From assembly GCA_047601445.1 (NCBI GenBank), contig JASGJH010000001.1:1888001-1952000 (forward strand): DNA of 64,000 nucleotides. The letters run 5' to 3'. The notes beneath the pieces were generated by a model. It was not told where the DNA came from and ran no database searches. It saw only the letters and a list, made by a program, of their open reading frames with translations. Each line of letters opens with the position of its first letter. Position 1 is the stretch's first letter. The DNA comes from Myxococcales bacterium. GTDB lineage: Bacteria > Myxococcota_A > Polyangia > Polyangiales > DASUME01. Positions 10,984 to 21,024 of the stretch are shown here, piece by piece. The position numbers and the translations under genes were made by a program.

Positions 10984-11358
10984 GGCGAAGATTGTCCGTG
11001 AGCGCGCGTCATCAGCTCAAGGGTCCGCTGCGTTCGACGCTGCATTTTGCGGGCTGCCAACGCGGCTTGCGAACTCGAGTAAGTCACTCCTACAGACCCG
11101 CGAGCGCCAGCGCGGCCGCTCGATCGCGAGCCGCCTTACAGCGCCTTCAAGTGGTCCCCGTCCTCGCGCTGCAACCAACCGAGAGCGCATGCGCGGCGCG
11201 CGAAGCGTGGACATGGCAGCGTGGCGCGAACGGAAGCCGCCAGCGCGACGCGCAGCTGGCGAGCGCGGGAGGTCAGATGGTCTGCTCTCGGGTCGCGCAT
11301 GTGGGCGCTTTCCGCGAAAGGGGATTGCGCCCAGCTCGGCTGTGGCATGCTTCGCCCC

Positions 11359-11790
11359 ATGAGCGAAGCCCCTGAGCAAGAAGAGCTGCTTTTCGAAGGC
11401 CGGCCGGCGCTGTTGCCGAGCCTGGGGCCGCTGCTGATCACCATCGTGACGCTGGGCCTGGCTCTGGCTTACTACTGGTTCAAACAACAGGCGGTGCGCT
11501 ACCGCATCACCAGCCAGCGCGTGGTGGTGGAGAGCGGGATGCTCGGCAAGCGCCTCGACCAGATCGACCTCTATCGCATCCACGACTACGTGGTGGAGCG
11601 GCCGCTGGGACAGCGCATCATGGGCACCGGCAACCTGCTGCTCTCGACCCAGGATCGCAGCACGCCTGCCCTGCGCCTGAGTGGACTCGGCACCGACGTG
11701 GTGCAGCTCTACGAGCGCCTGCGTAAGGCCACCGAGAGCGAGAAGCGCCGCCGCGGTGTGCGCGTGCTGGACGCCGACCCGGTGGGATGA
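11359..11790 (+). CDS. Bacterial PH domain (bPH_2) membrane protein
   Basis: One hydrophobic stretch then YRITSQRV..ESGML....IDLYRI.D..V..PLGQRIMGTGNL. Confidence 0.85.
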   Translation: MSEAPEQEELLFEGRPALLPSLGPLLITIVTLGLALAYYWFKQQAVRYRITSQRVVVESGMLGKRLDQIDLYRIHDYVVERPLGQRIMGTGNLLLSTQDRSTPALRLSGLGTDVVQLYERLRKATESEKRRRGVRVLDADPVG

Positions 11791-11823
11791 ACGACGACGC
11801 CTCGCCAGAGTTCGCGGGCGCTT

Positions 11824-11856
11824 AAAAGCAAACAGCCGGTTCCGTTTGGAACCGGC
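11824..11856 (-). terminator. Probable intrinsic terminator after rpsA
   Basis: 9-bp stem GCCGGTTCC/GGAACCGGC with a 4-nt loop, followed on the - strand by TGTTTGCTTTT. Confidence 0.65.
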
Positions 11857-11924
11857 CGTCGAGAGCGGGCGCGGGCTCGCTTTGCTGGCACGGGGATCAA
11901 GAGCTGGCTCGAGCCAGCTCTTGA

Positions 11925-13679
<1,755 letters not shown>

Positions 13680-13904
13680 GCTTGTGTTTCTTTGTTCGAT
13701 CACACCCAGGTCGGAGGAAGTCCTGTTGGCGTCGCGCACGGGTCACCGCACGCTGGCCACACACGGTGCCCGCTCTGAAGAGAGCTCGGCATCGTTGACC
13801 CGCGGTCGCCCCTGGGTGGCCCCTCGAGAATTGGGCGGAAAAGGCGCTGCGCGGGAGCGAAGACTTAGCATTGAGGGATCCAGGCGTCCAGGTAGGCCCC
13901 GCGC

Positions 13905-14140
13905 AGGGGACGGTTCTCGCTTTTTCGCTTTCCGCGCGAGGGGACGGTTTTCGCTTTTTCGCTTTCGGGGGAGTTGCCGTCGTGAGGAGACGGCTCTCGC
14001 TTTCTCGGTCATACCAGCTGAAATTGCCGATTAATTTTAGTCGAACCTGGCAGGCGCATCCGCACCGAAACCGAAAAGCTCCAGAACCGTCCCCGGCCCT
14101 CTCCGGACGCCAAAAAGCGAAAAAACGAAAACCGTCCCCT
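13905..14140. repeat. Cluster of five ~27-bp repeats (3 direct, 2 inverted), REP/BIME-like
   Basis: AGGGGACGGTTYTCGCTTTTTCGCTTT at 13905, 13939 and (degenerate) 13985; inverted at 14065-14094 (degenerate) and 14114-14140. Confidence 0.85.
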
Positions 14141-14151
14141 ATGCTCCGGGC

Positions 14152-16014
14152 GTGTCTCGCGAGGAACTGCCGCTGTCGTGGACCGGGCCCGTCTGGGCTG
14201 GGGCCGTACCGTTTGCTCTGTATGTGCTTACCGCGGGCGGGGTCACTTACTGGCTCGACAGTGCCGAGTTCACGGCGGCGGCCATTGATCTCGACATCCC
14301 CCATCCGCCCGGCCATCCAGTCGCGAACCTGTGGGGCAAGCTGTTCACGCTCCTGCCGTTCGGTCCCCTGCCCTTTCGGGTGGCCCTCGGCCAGGCCGCC
14401 GCCTGTGCCCTCGCGCTCGCTTGCGCGCAGCGCGCCATCGCACGCTCCCTGCGCTTCCTCGGCCTCTCCCAGCGGGCGGCGCAGTGGGTCGGCGTGGGCT
14501 CGGCATGGCTGCTCGCCGGTAGCTACGGCTTCTGGTTTCAGGCCGTGCGCCCCGAAGTCTATGCGCTGGCGGCCTTCCTGGTGTGCTTCGCGCTCGAACG
14601 CCTGAGTGTGCTGGCCACGCGCGCGCCCGAAGGCGAGCTCGACGCGCGTCCCTTCTACGCCGCCACGCTCGCCGTCGGGCTCGGCCTCGCCAATCACCAC
14701 TTCATCTCCGTGCTCGCCCTGCCGGCCTTCCTGTGGCCCTTCGTGGAGCTGACCCGTAAGCAAGGCCTGCGCGTCTTCGCGTGGGGCATGGTGACCGGCC
14801 TGCTCGGGCTCGGCGCCTACGTGTACCTGCCGCTGCGCGCCGCCCGTCTGCCTCCCATGGACCTCGGCCACCCGGTGACTCCGGGTGCGCTCGCCTGGGT
14901 GGTGACGGCCCGGGTCTATGCCAAGAAGATCGGCAGCGAAGCCATCCAACCGCTGAGCGAGCGCTTCGCCGACTTGGCGGTAATCCTGGTAGAGAACCTG
15001 CGCGTGCCGGCGCTGCTCGCGATGCTGGTGGGCAGCTACTTGCTGGCCCGCAGACAACGCACATGGCGGCTAGCGGCGCTGTGGCTGAGCACGGCCTTCG
15101 TCAACTTGGCGGGCCGCGCCTGGCTCAATCCCGTGCGCGCCAACCCCGATGTGCTTGGATACATGATGCCCGGCTTCGTGGCCGTGGTGGCGCTCGCAGC
15201 CTGCGGACTCGCGCTGCTGGTGGTGGAGCTTTCAGAGCGACTTCCGCCACGCGCCAAGCTGCTCGAAAATGGCCTCAGCGCGCTGGCCTTGGCGGCGGGG
15301 ATTTGGGCGCTCGCGCAGGGCTATGCGCCTGCGAGCCTGGCAAGCTTTCACGCACCCGACCTGTTCGATGAGATCCGCTACCGCGCGCTGCCCGAAGGCA
15401 GCCGTCTCGTGCTCACCACCCCGCAAACCGTGTTTCGTCACTTCGGAGCCGACGCCGTGGAGCACCTGCGTCCGGACGTGGCCATGGTGCCGCTGCCCTT
15501 TCTCGACTACGGTCAGGCCGGCGAGCAGCTCGCGCGCAAGCGCCCGGAGCTGGCGCGCGTCATCCGCGGCTTCAGCCGCAACCAAGCGCTGGATCGTCAG
15601 GCCCTGACAGAGCTCTCGCATGGTCACCGGCTGTTGATCGAGCTCGACACGACCTCGACGCTGCCGCTCTACCCGTGGCTCAGCCCGAGTGGTCTGTTCT
15701 ATGAGTTCCTCGCCACGCCTCCGAGCGACGAACAGGTGGAGCAGGCCGCCCAGCGACGCGCCGCGCTGCTCGATTGGTTGGGCGAAGCGATCGGCGCGGA
15801 AGCCGAAGAGCTCGAGACCAAGCGACAGCTGCTCTGGATCCACTACACGGACGCCCTCTTCCTCGCCCAGCGTGGACTGCGTGCGCAGGCTCTGCGCGCG
15901 GCGGCGCGTGGGCTCTCACTCGAGCCTCAGGCCCGTGAGCTCGCGGCGCTGGCGGAGGCACTCGAGCAGGGCCAGGGGCCGCTCGACATCAGCCCGTTCC
16001 TGGTGCGCCTTTGA
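14152..16014 (+). CDS. DUF2723 / TMEM260-like GT-C fold membrane glycosyltransferase
   Basis: DSAEF..AA..L.IPHPPGHP motif, FWFQAVRPEVY, GLGLANHH, YLPLRA, multiple TM helices, TPR-like C-terminus. Confidence 0.85.
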   Translation: MSREELPLSWTGPVWAGAVPFALYVLTAGGVTYWLDSAEFTAAAIDLDIPHPPGHPVANLWGKLFTLLPFGPLPFRVALGQAAACALALACAQRAIARSLRFLGLSQRAAQWVGVGSAWLLAGSYGFWFQAVRPEVYALAAFLVCFALERLSVLATRAPEGELDARPFYAATLAVGLGLANHHFISVLALPAFLWPFVELTRKQGLRVFAWGMVTGLLGLGAYVYLPLRAARLPPMDLGHPVTPGALAWVVTARVYAKKIGSEAIQPLSERFADLAVILVENLRVPALLAMLVGSYLLARRQRTWRLAALWLSTAFVNLAGRAWLNPVRANPDVLGYMMPGFVAVVALAACGLALLVVELSERLPPRAKLLENGLSALALAAGIWALAQGYAPASLASFHAPDLFDEIRYRALPEGSRLVLTTPQTVFRHFGADAVEHLRPDVAMVPLPFLDYGQAGEQLARKRPELARVIRGFSRNQALDRQALTELSHGHRLLIELDTTSTLPLYPWLSPSGLFYEFLATPPSDEQVEQAAQRRAALLDWLGEAIGAEAEELETKRQLLWIHYTDALFLAQRGLRAQALRAAARGLSLEPQARELAALAEALEQGQGPLDISPFLVRL

Positions 16015-16163
16015 AATGAGGTCTCGAGAGAACGGACCCCCGTGCTGCTCGTGCACACGGCGTGAACGCACCTCGGCGACCTTCGTCCCACATCGAGCTG
16101 CCCGGATGGCACGCTCCGGCACAGCGCCACGGTGAGAAACACGCCAATTTAAGCGCGCTTTCG

Positions 16164-16179
16164 TGGTACACGCATTGCT
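16164..16179 (+). promoter_or_regulatory. Putative sigma54 (-24/-12) promoter
   Basis: TGGTACACGCATTGCT matches TGGCACG-N4-TTGCW with GG-N10-GC spacing (2 mismatches), directly upstream of the next gene. Confidence 0.6.
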
Positions 16180-16281
16180 CTCCTCTGTGGATGGATGCCG
16201 CGCCCGTTCGCCCGTTGTGTGGGCACGTCAAGTGCGGAGGCCCGGCCTGGCCGAGCGTCACAGCGGGTCCTGGTGTCACCG

Positions 16282-19269
16282 ATGCTCGCGAAACCCATTC
16301 TCCCCTGGCTTGGATGCGCGCTGATCGCTCTCTCGGGTGGGACGCTCGGCGCCTGCTCGTCCAGCTCGAAGCATCACGGTCGTCCGCTCGATGCGGGCGC
16401 CTGTGAGGCGTTGGGGCTACGCATCAACGAAGCCGCCAGCGACAACGACGGCATCAACGTCGACGAAGCGGGCGAGACCGACGACTGGGTCGAGCTCATC
16501 AACGCAGGCAGTGAGCCCATCGACCTCGGTGCGTTTCGCATCAGCGACGGCAGCGAAGATGCCCTGCGCCTGCCCCATGACACGCTGGCCCCCGGCGCCG
16601 CGGTGCTGGTGTGGGCCGACGAGGAGCCGCAGGGGCCCTATCACGCACCCTTCAAGCTGAGCGCCTCGGGTGATCGCGTGGTGCTGACCCATGATGAATG
16701 TGGCGAGGTCGATCGGCTCGAGCTGCCCGCTCTTCCCCTCAACCAGAGTCTCGCGCGACTCCCCGATGCCACCGGCACGGGCGTCGTCTGCCGCTACGCC
16801 ACGCCCGGGCGCAGCAATGGAGACCGCTGCGAGCCGCCAGCCCCGCCATCGTTGCCCGACGATGCGACCTTCCGCTCCTTCACCTGGTCGCCCGTGCTGA
16901 CCCATGCCGACGGCCCCTTGCTGATCAGCGAGCTCGCGCTCAACCCAGCCTCCTTCATCGAGCTCTACAATCGTGGCGCGGATCCGATCGCGCTCGCGGG
17001 GATGTCCTTGCGTATCGCGGCCTCGGGTCCGGGCGTGGGCCTGCCCAGCGCCGTCGAGGGGCTCGCCATCGCACTGCCCGCGCAGGAGCTCGCGCCAGGT
17101 TCGCGCCTGCTGGTGCAGGTCGACACCAGTGGTCTCGAGCCCAATGAGTTCGAGGGCGTGGTGACCCTGTTCGACGCCGCGGGCGCCCCACTCGACCGCG
17201 TCGATTTCATGCGCTGGCCTGCGGATGCGGTGTTGGCCCGCGTCCCGGACGACTCCTCGCACTTCACGTTCTGCGAGGGCGGCAGCCCTGGGGCCTCCAA
17301 CGTGACCTGTCGCCAACTCGCAGCGCGTGAGGTCGGGGATCGCACGCGGCACCTGCGCACGCCCGCCGACTTCGTGAAGCTTGCGCAGGGCGGCACCGAG
17401 GTCGCGCAGCTGGGGGTCAAGTTCGTCATCGACATGGCAGCCGGCGACACCGTGCATTTCCTCGGGACCGAGCGCTGGGCCCTGCACTACACTTTCATCC
17501 GCGAGCGCATCTACGGCGACCCGCCGCTCGATCGCTGCGACCCGGTACAGGAGCACGCGTTCAATCAGGGGTGGTACACGTTCAGCCAGAGCGAGTACTT
17601 CCGCGCCGAAGGCCGGCGCTTCTTGCTCGGCACCCTCGTGCAGCACGCGAATGGCGCGCGCACGGTGGAGTTCGCAGCGGGCGACGAGATTAGCCCCGCG
17701 CAGATGCAGCGGGCCTTGTTCGCGGTGGCAACGCACACCGAGGATCCGACCGTCTGGTCGTTGCGTCCCATCGATCAGAGCCAACTCGCACGCATGCGAG
17801 AGATCGACGGCCTCGCCCCCATCGTGGGCCCCAATGCGCCGTTTCAGAACGTGAGCTACCAGCCGCTCACTCAAACCGTGGGCTTCGGGGTGCTGCGCTT
17901 CGTGCCTTCAGATCAGCTGGAGCAGGAACCGGTGCCGCTGCACAGCCTGGTGATCACCGACGCGGTGCCCAACGATATCGCCTTCGTGGAGGGCCTGATC
18001 ACGGAGGCCTTCCAAACGCCGCTGGCGCACGTGAATGTCTTGAGCCGCGCGCGTGGCACACCGAACATGGGCCTCGCCGGCGCGCGCCAGCACCCGCGCC
18101 TCGCGCCCCTCCTGGACAAGCTAGTGCGACTCGAGGTGGGTCCCTCGGACTTCTCGATCCGGGAAGCCTCCGCCGAGGAAGCGGCTGCGTTCTGGTCGGC
18201 CCGAACCAGTTCAAGTGAGCTCGTGACACCTCCGCGCGATCTCGCGCCCCGCGGCGTGCTGCCACTGAGCGAGCACGGCCTGACCGACGTGCCCGCCATC
18301 GGCGCCAAGGCCGCTCAGTTCGCCGAGCTTTACCGGGTGAGCGAACGGCCCTTTGGTTGTCCTACGGACACCGTGCCGCTCGGGGTCCCCGCGCAGGCCT
18401 TCGCCGTCCCCTTCGCGCATTATGCGGAGCACTTCGAGCAGAGCGGCGCGCGGGCCCTGCTGGAAAGCCTCCTGGCCGATCCCAACTTCATGGCGCTGCC
18501 GGATGCCCACGAGGCGGGCCTGGCAGCGCTGCGCGACGCCATCATGCGGCAGCCGGTGGAGCCCGCACTCTTGACGAGTGTCACCGAAGCCGTGCGCGAG
18601 CGCTTCGGCAAGCAACGCGTGCGCTTTCGCAGCAGCAGCAACACCGAGGACTTACCCGAGTTCAACGGCGCCGGGCTGCACACGTCCACGAGCGCCGAGC
18701 TCGACGATCCGGAGCTCCCCGTGGCCGACGCCATGCGCACGGTCTGGGCGAGCCTGTGGAACACGCGCGCCTTCGACGAGCGGGCCTACGCCAATATCGA
18801 TCAGAGTCAGGTAGCGATGGCCATCCTGGTGCACGAGGCGAGTCGCAGCGAAGCGGCCCAGGGGGTGGCCGTAAGCCGCAACCTGATGCACGTGACGCGC
18901 GCAGACATGTACTTCGTGGACGCCCAAATTGGCGAAGCCAGCGTGACCAACCCGGCACCCGGCGTGGTCACGGAGCAGACCATCTACCAGTGGCCGCCCC
19001 GCACCCCGGAGCTCACGCGCCTCTCACACAGCAGCCTCACGGAGCGCGACGTGTTGAGCGCACAGGAACTGCGCGACGTGGCCTGCGGGCTCAAGGCCGT
19101 GCACCAGCACTTCCAACCCTTGCTCGATCCGGAGCAGACCAACCGTCTGTTCGCCATGCAGATCGAGTTCAAGCTCGAGCACGCCACACGGCGTTTGGTG
19201 ATCAAGCAGGCCCGGCCGCAGCCGTTCAGAGGCATCGACGTCCCGGCGGACTGCCGCGAGTTCGAGTAG
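16282..19269 (+). CDS. Lipoprotein with two lamin-tail domains, a phospho-His domain and a C-terminal PEP-synthase/PPDK-type ATP-grasp domain
   Basis: Lipobox LGAC; LRINEA..N...DE.GE.DDWVELIN and LLISEL...FIELYN LTD motifs; QTPLAHVNVLSRARGTPN; GAKAA, RFRSSSNTED...NGAGL, VWASLW, IEFK...KQARP. Confidence 0.85.
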   Translation: MLAKPILPWLGCALIALSGGTLGACSSSSKHHGRPLDAGACEALGLRINEAASDNDGINVDEAGETDDWVELINAGSEPIDLGAFRISDGSEDALRLPHDTLAPGAAVLVWADEEPQGPYHAPFKLSASGDRVVLTHDECGEVDRLELPALPLNQSLARLPDATGTGVVCRYATPGRSNGDRCEPPAPPSLPDDATFRSFTWSPVLTHADGPLLISELALNPASFIELYNRGADPIALAGMSLRIAASGPGVGLPSAVEGLAIALPAQELAPGSRLLVQVDTSGLEPNEFEGVVTLFDAAGAPLDRVDFMRWPADAVLARVPDDSSHFTFCEGGSPGASNVTCRQLAAREVGDRTRHLRTPADFVKLAQGGTEVAQLGVKFVIDMAAGDTVHFLGTERWALHYTFIRERIYGDPPLDRCDPVQEHAFNQGWYTFSQSEYFRAEGRRFLLGTLVQHANGARTVEFAAGDEISPAQMQRALFAVATHTEDPTVWSLRPIDQSQLARMREIDGLAPIVGPNAPFQNVSYQPLTQTVGFGVLRFVPSDQLEQEPVPLHSLVITDAVPNDIAFVEGLITEAFQTPLAHVNVLSRARGTPNMGLAGARQHPRLAPLLDKLVRLEVGPSDFSIREASAEEAAAFWSARTSSSELVTPPRDLAPRGVLPLSEHGLTDVPAIGAKAAQFAELYRVSERPFGCPTDTVPLGVPAQAFAVPFAHYAEHFEQSGARALLESLLADPNFMALPDAHEAGLAALRDAIMRQPVEPALLTSVTEAVRERFGKQRVRFRSSSNTEDLPEFNGAGLHTSTSAELDDPELPVADAMRTVWASLWNTRAFDERAYANIDQSQVAMAILVHEASRSEAAQGVAVSRNLMHVTRADMYFVDAQIGEASVTNPAPGVVTEQTIYQWPPRTPELTRLSHSSLTERDVLSAQELRDVACGLKAVHQHFQPLLDPEQTNRLFAMQIEFKLEHATRRLVIKQARPQPFRGIDVPADCREFE

Positions 19270-19332
19270 CGCGCTCGCGCGAGGCGCCGAGCACGTGACC
19301 TCCTGCTCGCCAAACATGCTAGGAAGGCTCCC

Positions 19333-19494
19333 ATGCAATGGGATCCCGCCGCTGAGGCACGCGTCAAGAAGGCCCCCTTCTTCATCCGTCCCTTCATCAA
19401 GAGCCGGGCCGAGAAAGAGGCCAAGGCGCGCAACCTGGAGCGCGTCACCGAGGCCCTGCTCGACGAGCTGAAGTCCAAGGAACACCGCGGCTGA
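19333..19494 (+). CDS. Small stand-alone PCP_red-like protein (53 aa; not in ORF track)
   Basis: MQWDPAAEARVKKAPFFIRPFIKSRAEKEAKARNLERVTEALLDELKSKEHRG; W...A...PFF.R....E..A.....VT pattern; AGGAAGG RBS. Confidence 0.8.
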   Translation: MQWDPAAEARVKKAPFFIRPFIKSRAEKEAKARNLERVTEALLDELKSKEHRG

Positions 19495-19628
19495 CGCAGC
19501 GCGCGGAAGGTCGCGTGACCTCTTTCGAGAAGACGCGAGTGCATTTCGTGAGCGACGCGAACCTCGCGGTGCGGTGGGTCCCGGGCTTTGCCGCAACGGG
19601 CGGGGAGGTCGCGTGGCCTCCCCGATTT

Positions 19629-20057
19629 TCAAGGCAGCGTGACGTTGCCGCGTGCGTCGAGTGGCCAGAACGGGTTGAACGCCACCTCCCACAGGTGACC
19701 GTCCGGATCGGCGAAATAGCCGGAATAGCCGCCCCAGAATACCTCCTGGGCGGGCTTCAGGATCTTGGCTCCGGCGCGCTCGGCAACCTGCAGTGCGGCG
19801 TCGACCTCGGCCTTGGATCCGTAGTTCTGGGCCAGTGACACACCCGAGAAAGGCGCGGGCGGTGAAGCCGGCAGGTGCGCGTCCTTGGCGAGCTCCTCGC
19901 GGCTCCAGAGAGCGAGCACCACGGCGCCCGCCTGGATGAACACCACGTGCTCGTTGCCGGCGCTCGACGCCTGAAAGCCGAGTCCATTGCAGTAGAAGTC
20001 GCGGGCGCGGGCAAGGTCGCTCACGCCCAGGGTCACGACGCTCAGTCTTGCTTGCAT
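19629..20057 (-). CDS. VOC / glyoxalase family protein
   Basis: LSVVTLGVSDLARARDFY, KPAQEVFWGGYSGYFADPDGHLWEVAFNP; true start ATG 20057 inside the longer track ORF. Confidence 0.93.
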   Translation of the reverse strand: MQARLSVVTLGVSDLARARDFYCNGLGFQASSAGNEHVVFIQAGAVVLALWSREELAKDAHLPASPPAPFSGVSLAQNYGSKAEVDAALQVAERAGAKILKPAQEVFWGGYSGYFADPDGHLWEVAFNPFWPLDARGNVTLP

Positions 20058-20182
20058 GGGTTCGGGATAGCAGGCCGCCGCGCGGGTGTCCCTACACTCT
20101 CGTGTCCTCGTCCTGGAAAGACGTAGGCGTGCGCGTGCGCGGTCCGCGCCGCAGCGGTAGCTGGACCGGTTCGTGACACCCC

Positions 20183-20956
20183 CTACTGCAGATCGATTCC
20201 CGCGCGCTTCGCCAGCTCCATCTCGATCAGTTCGTGCAAAGCCCCCTCGACCTCGCGACGCATGGCGCGCACCAACTTGAAATCGCTCTGCTGCGTGGGG
20301 GTGGCGCGCGGCGCGATGGCCTCGCCGAACACGAAATGCACCTGCACGCGGTGGGGAATGGGCAGGATGCGCTTGGGCAGCGGGATGGGGAATCCGCCGC
20401 GACCCAGCCACCTGCGCCCTCTTGCATAAGGGTCGCCCACGAAGTCGAACAGCTCGTCGGTGCCCACCGAGGCCAGCGGCACGATGGGCGCCTGGTTCCG
20501 GATGGCGGCGTGGATGAAGCCATAGCGCTGGCCCCACAACAGCTGGTAGCGCAGCTCGCGGGGCTTCACGGCTTCGCGCAAGCCACCGGGAAGAACCAAT
20601 ACGAGTTCGTCGCGGGACAACAAGCGATCCACGTTCTCCTTGGTGCCATCGACCGTACCCACGCCCGAAGCCAAACGACGTACGAACGGCACCTTCCACC
20701 AGAGATGCTCGCCGAGCACCCAGACCGGGCGCCCACGCGCGCGCCAGACCGCCGCCATCGCGAACACCACGTCCCAACCGAAGGCATGATTGGCTACGAT
20801 CAGCGCGCGGCCCGAGGGCAGGTGTTCGAGCCCCTCCACGTGGATATCCAGGCGATCGGCCACGCGCTCGACCACGTCGTAGAAGCGCTCCGCCAGCGCC
20901 GGCTGGAAGGCCTGGAACGCCTGCTTGTGCTGGGACTCGAAGCCATCGATGCTCAT
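20183..20956 (-). CDS. Lysophospholipid acyltransferase family protein (PlsC/DGAT-like)
   Basis: NHAFGWD (HX4D), LVLPGGLREA, GFIHAA...APIVP. Confidence 0.9.
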   Translation of the reverse strand: MSIDGFESQHKQAFQAFQPALAERFYDVVERVADRLDIHVEGLEHLPSGRALIVANHAFGWDVVFAMAAVWRARGRPVWVLGEHLWWKVPFVRRLASGVGTVDGTKENVDRLLSRDELVLVLPGGLREAVKPRELRYQLLWGQRYGFIHAAIRNQAPIVPLASVGTDELFDFVGDPYARGRRWLGRGGFPIPLPKRILPIPHRVQVHFVFGEAIAPRATPTQQSDFKLVRAMRREVEGALHELIEMELAKRAGIDLQ

Positions 20957-21024
20957 TGGACGACACTCTCGGGGCGAGAACTCCCGCGTCTCCAGGGAAG
21001 TAATCGCGCGCGGCGCGCCGCCAG

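Noticed and set aside
10984..11358. Possible ncRNA or riboswitch in long intergenic gaps (also 7178-7487 and 24142-24414)
   Set aside because: No recognisable riboswitch, tRNA or conserved RNA motif by eye; an Rfam/Infernal scan would be needed
13905..14140. CRISPR array
   Set aside because: Repeats occur in both orientations, spacers are short and irregular, and no cas genes are present
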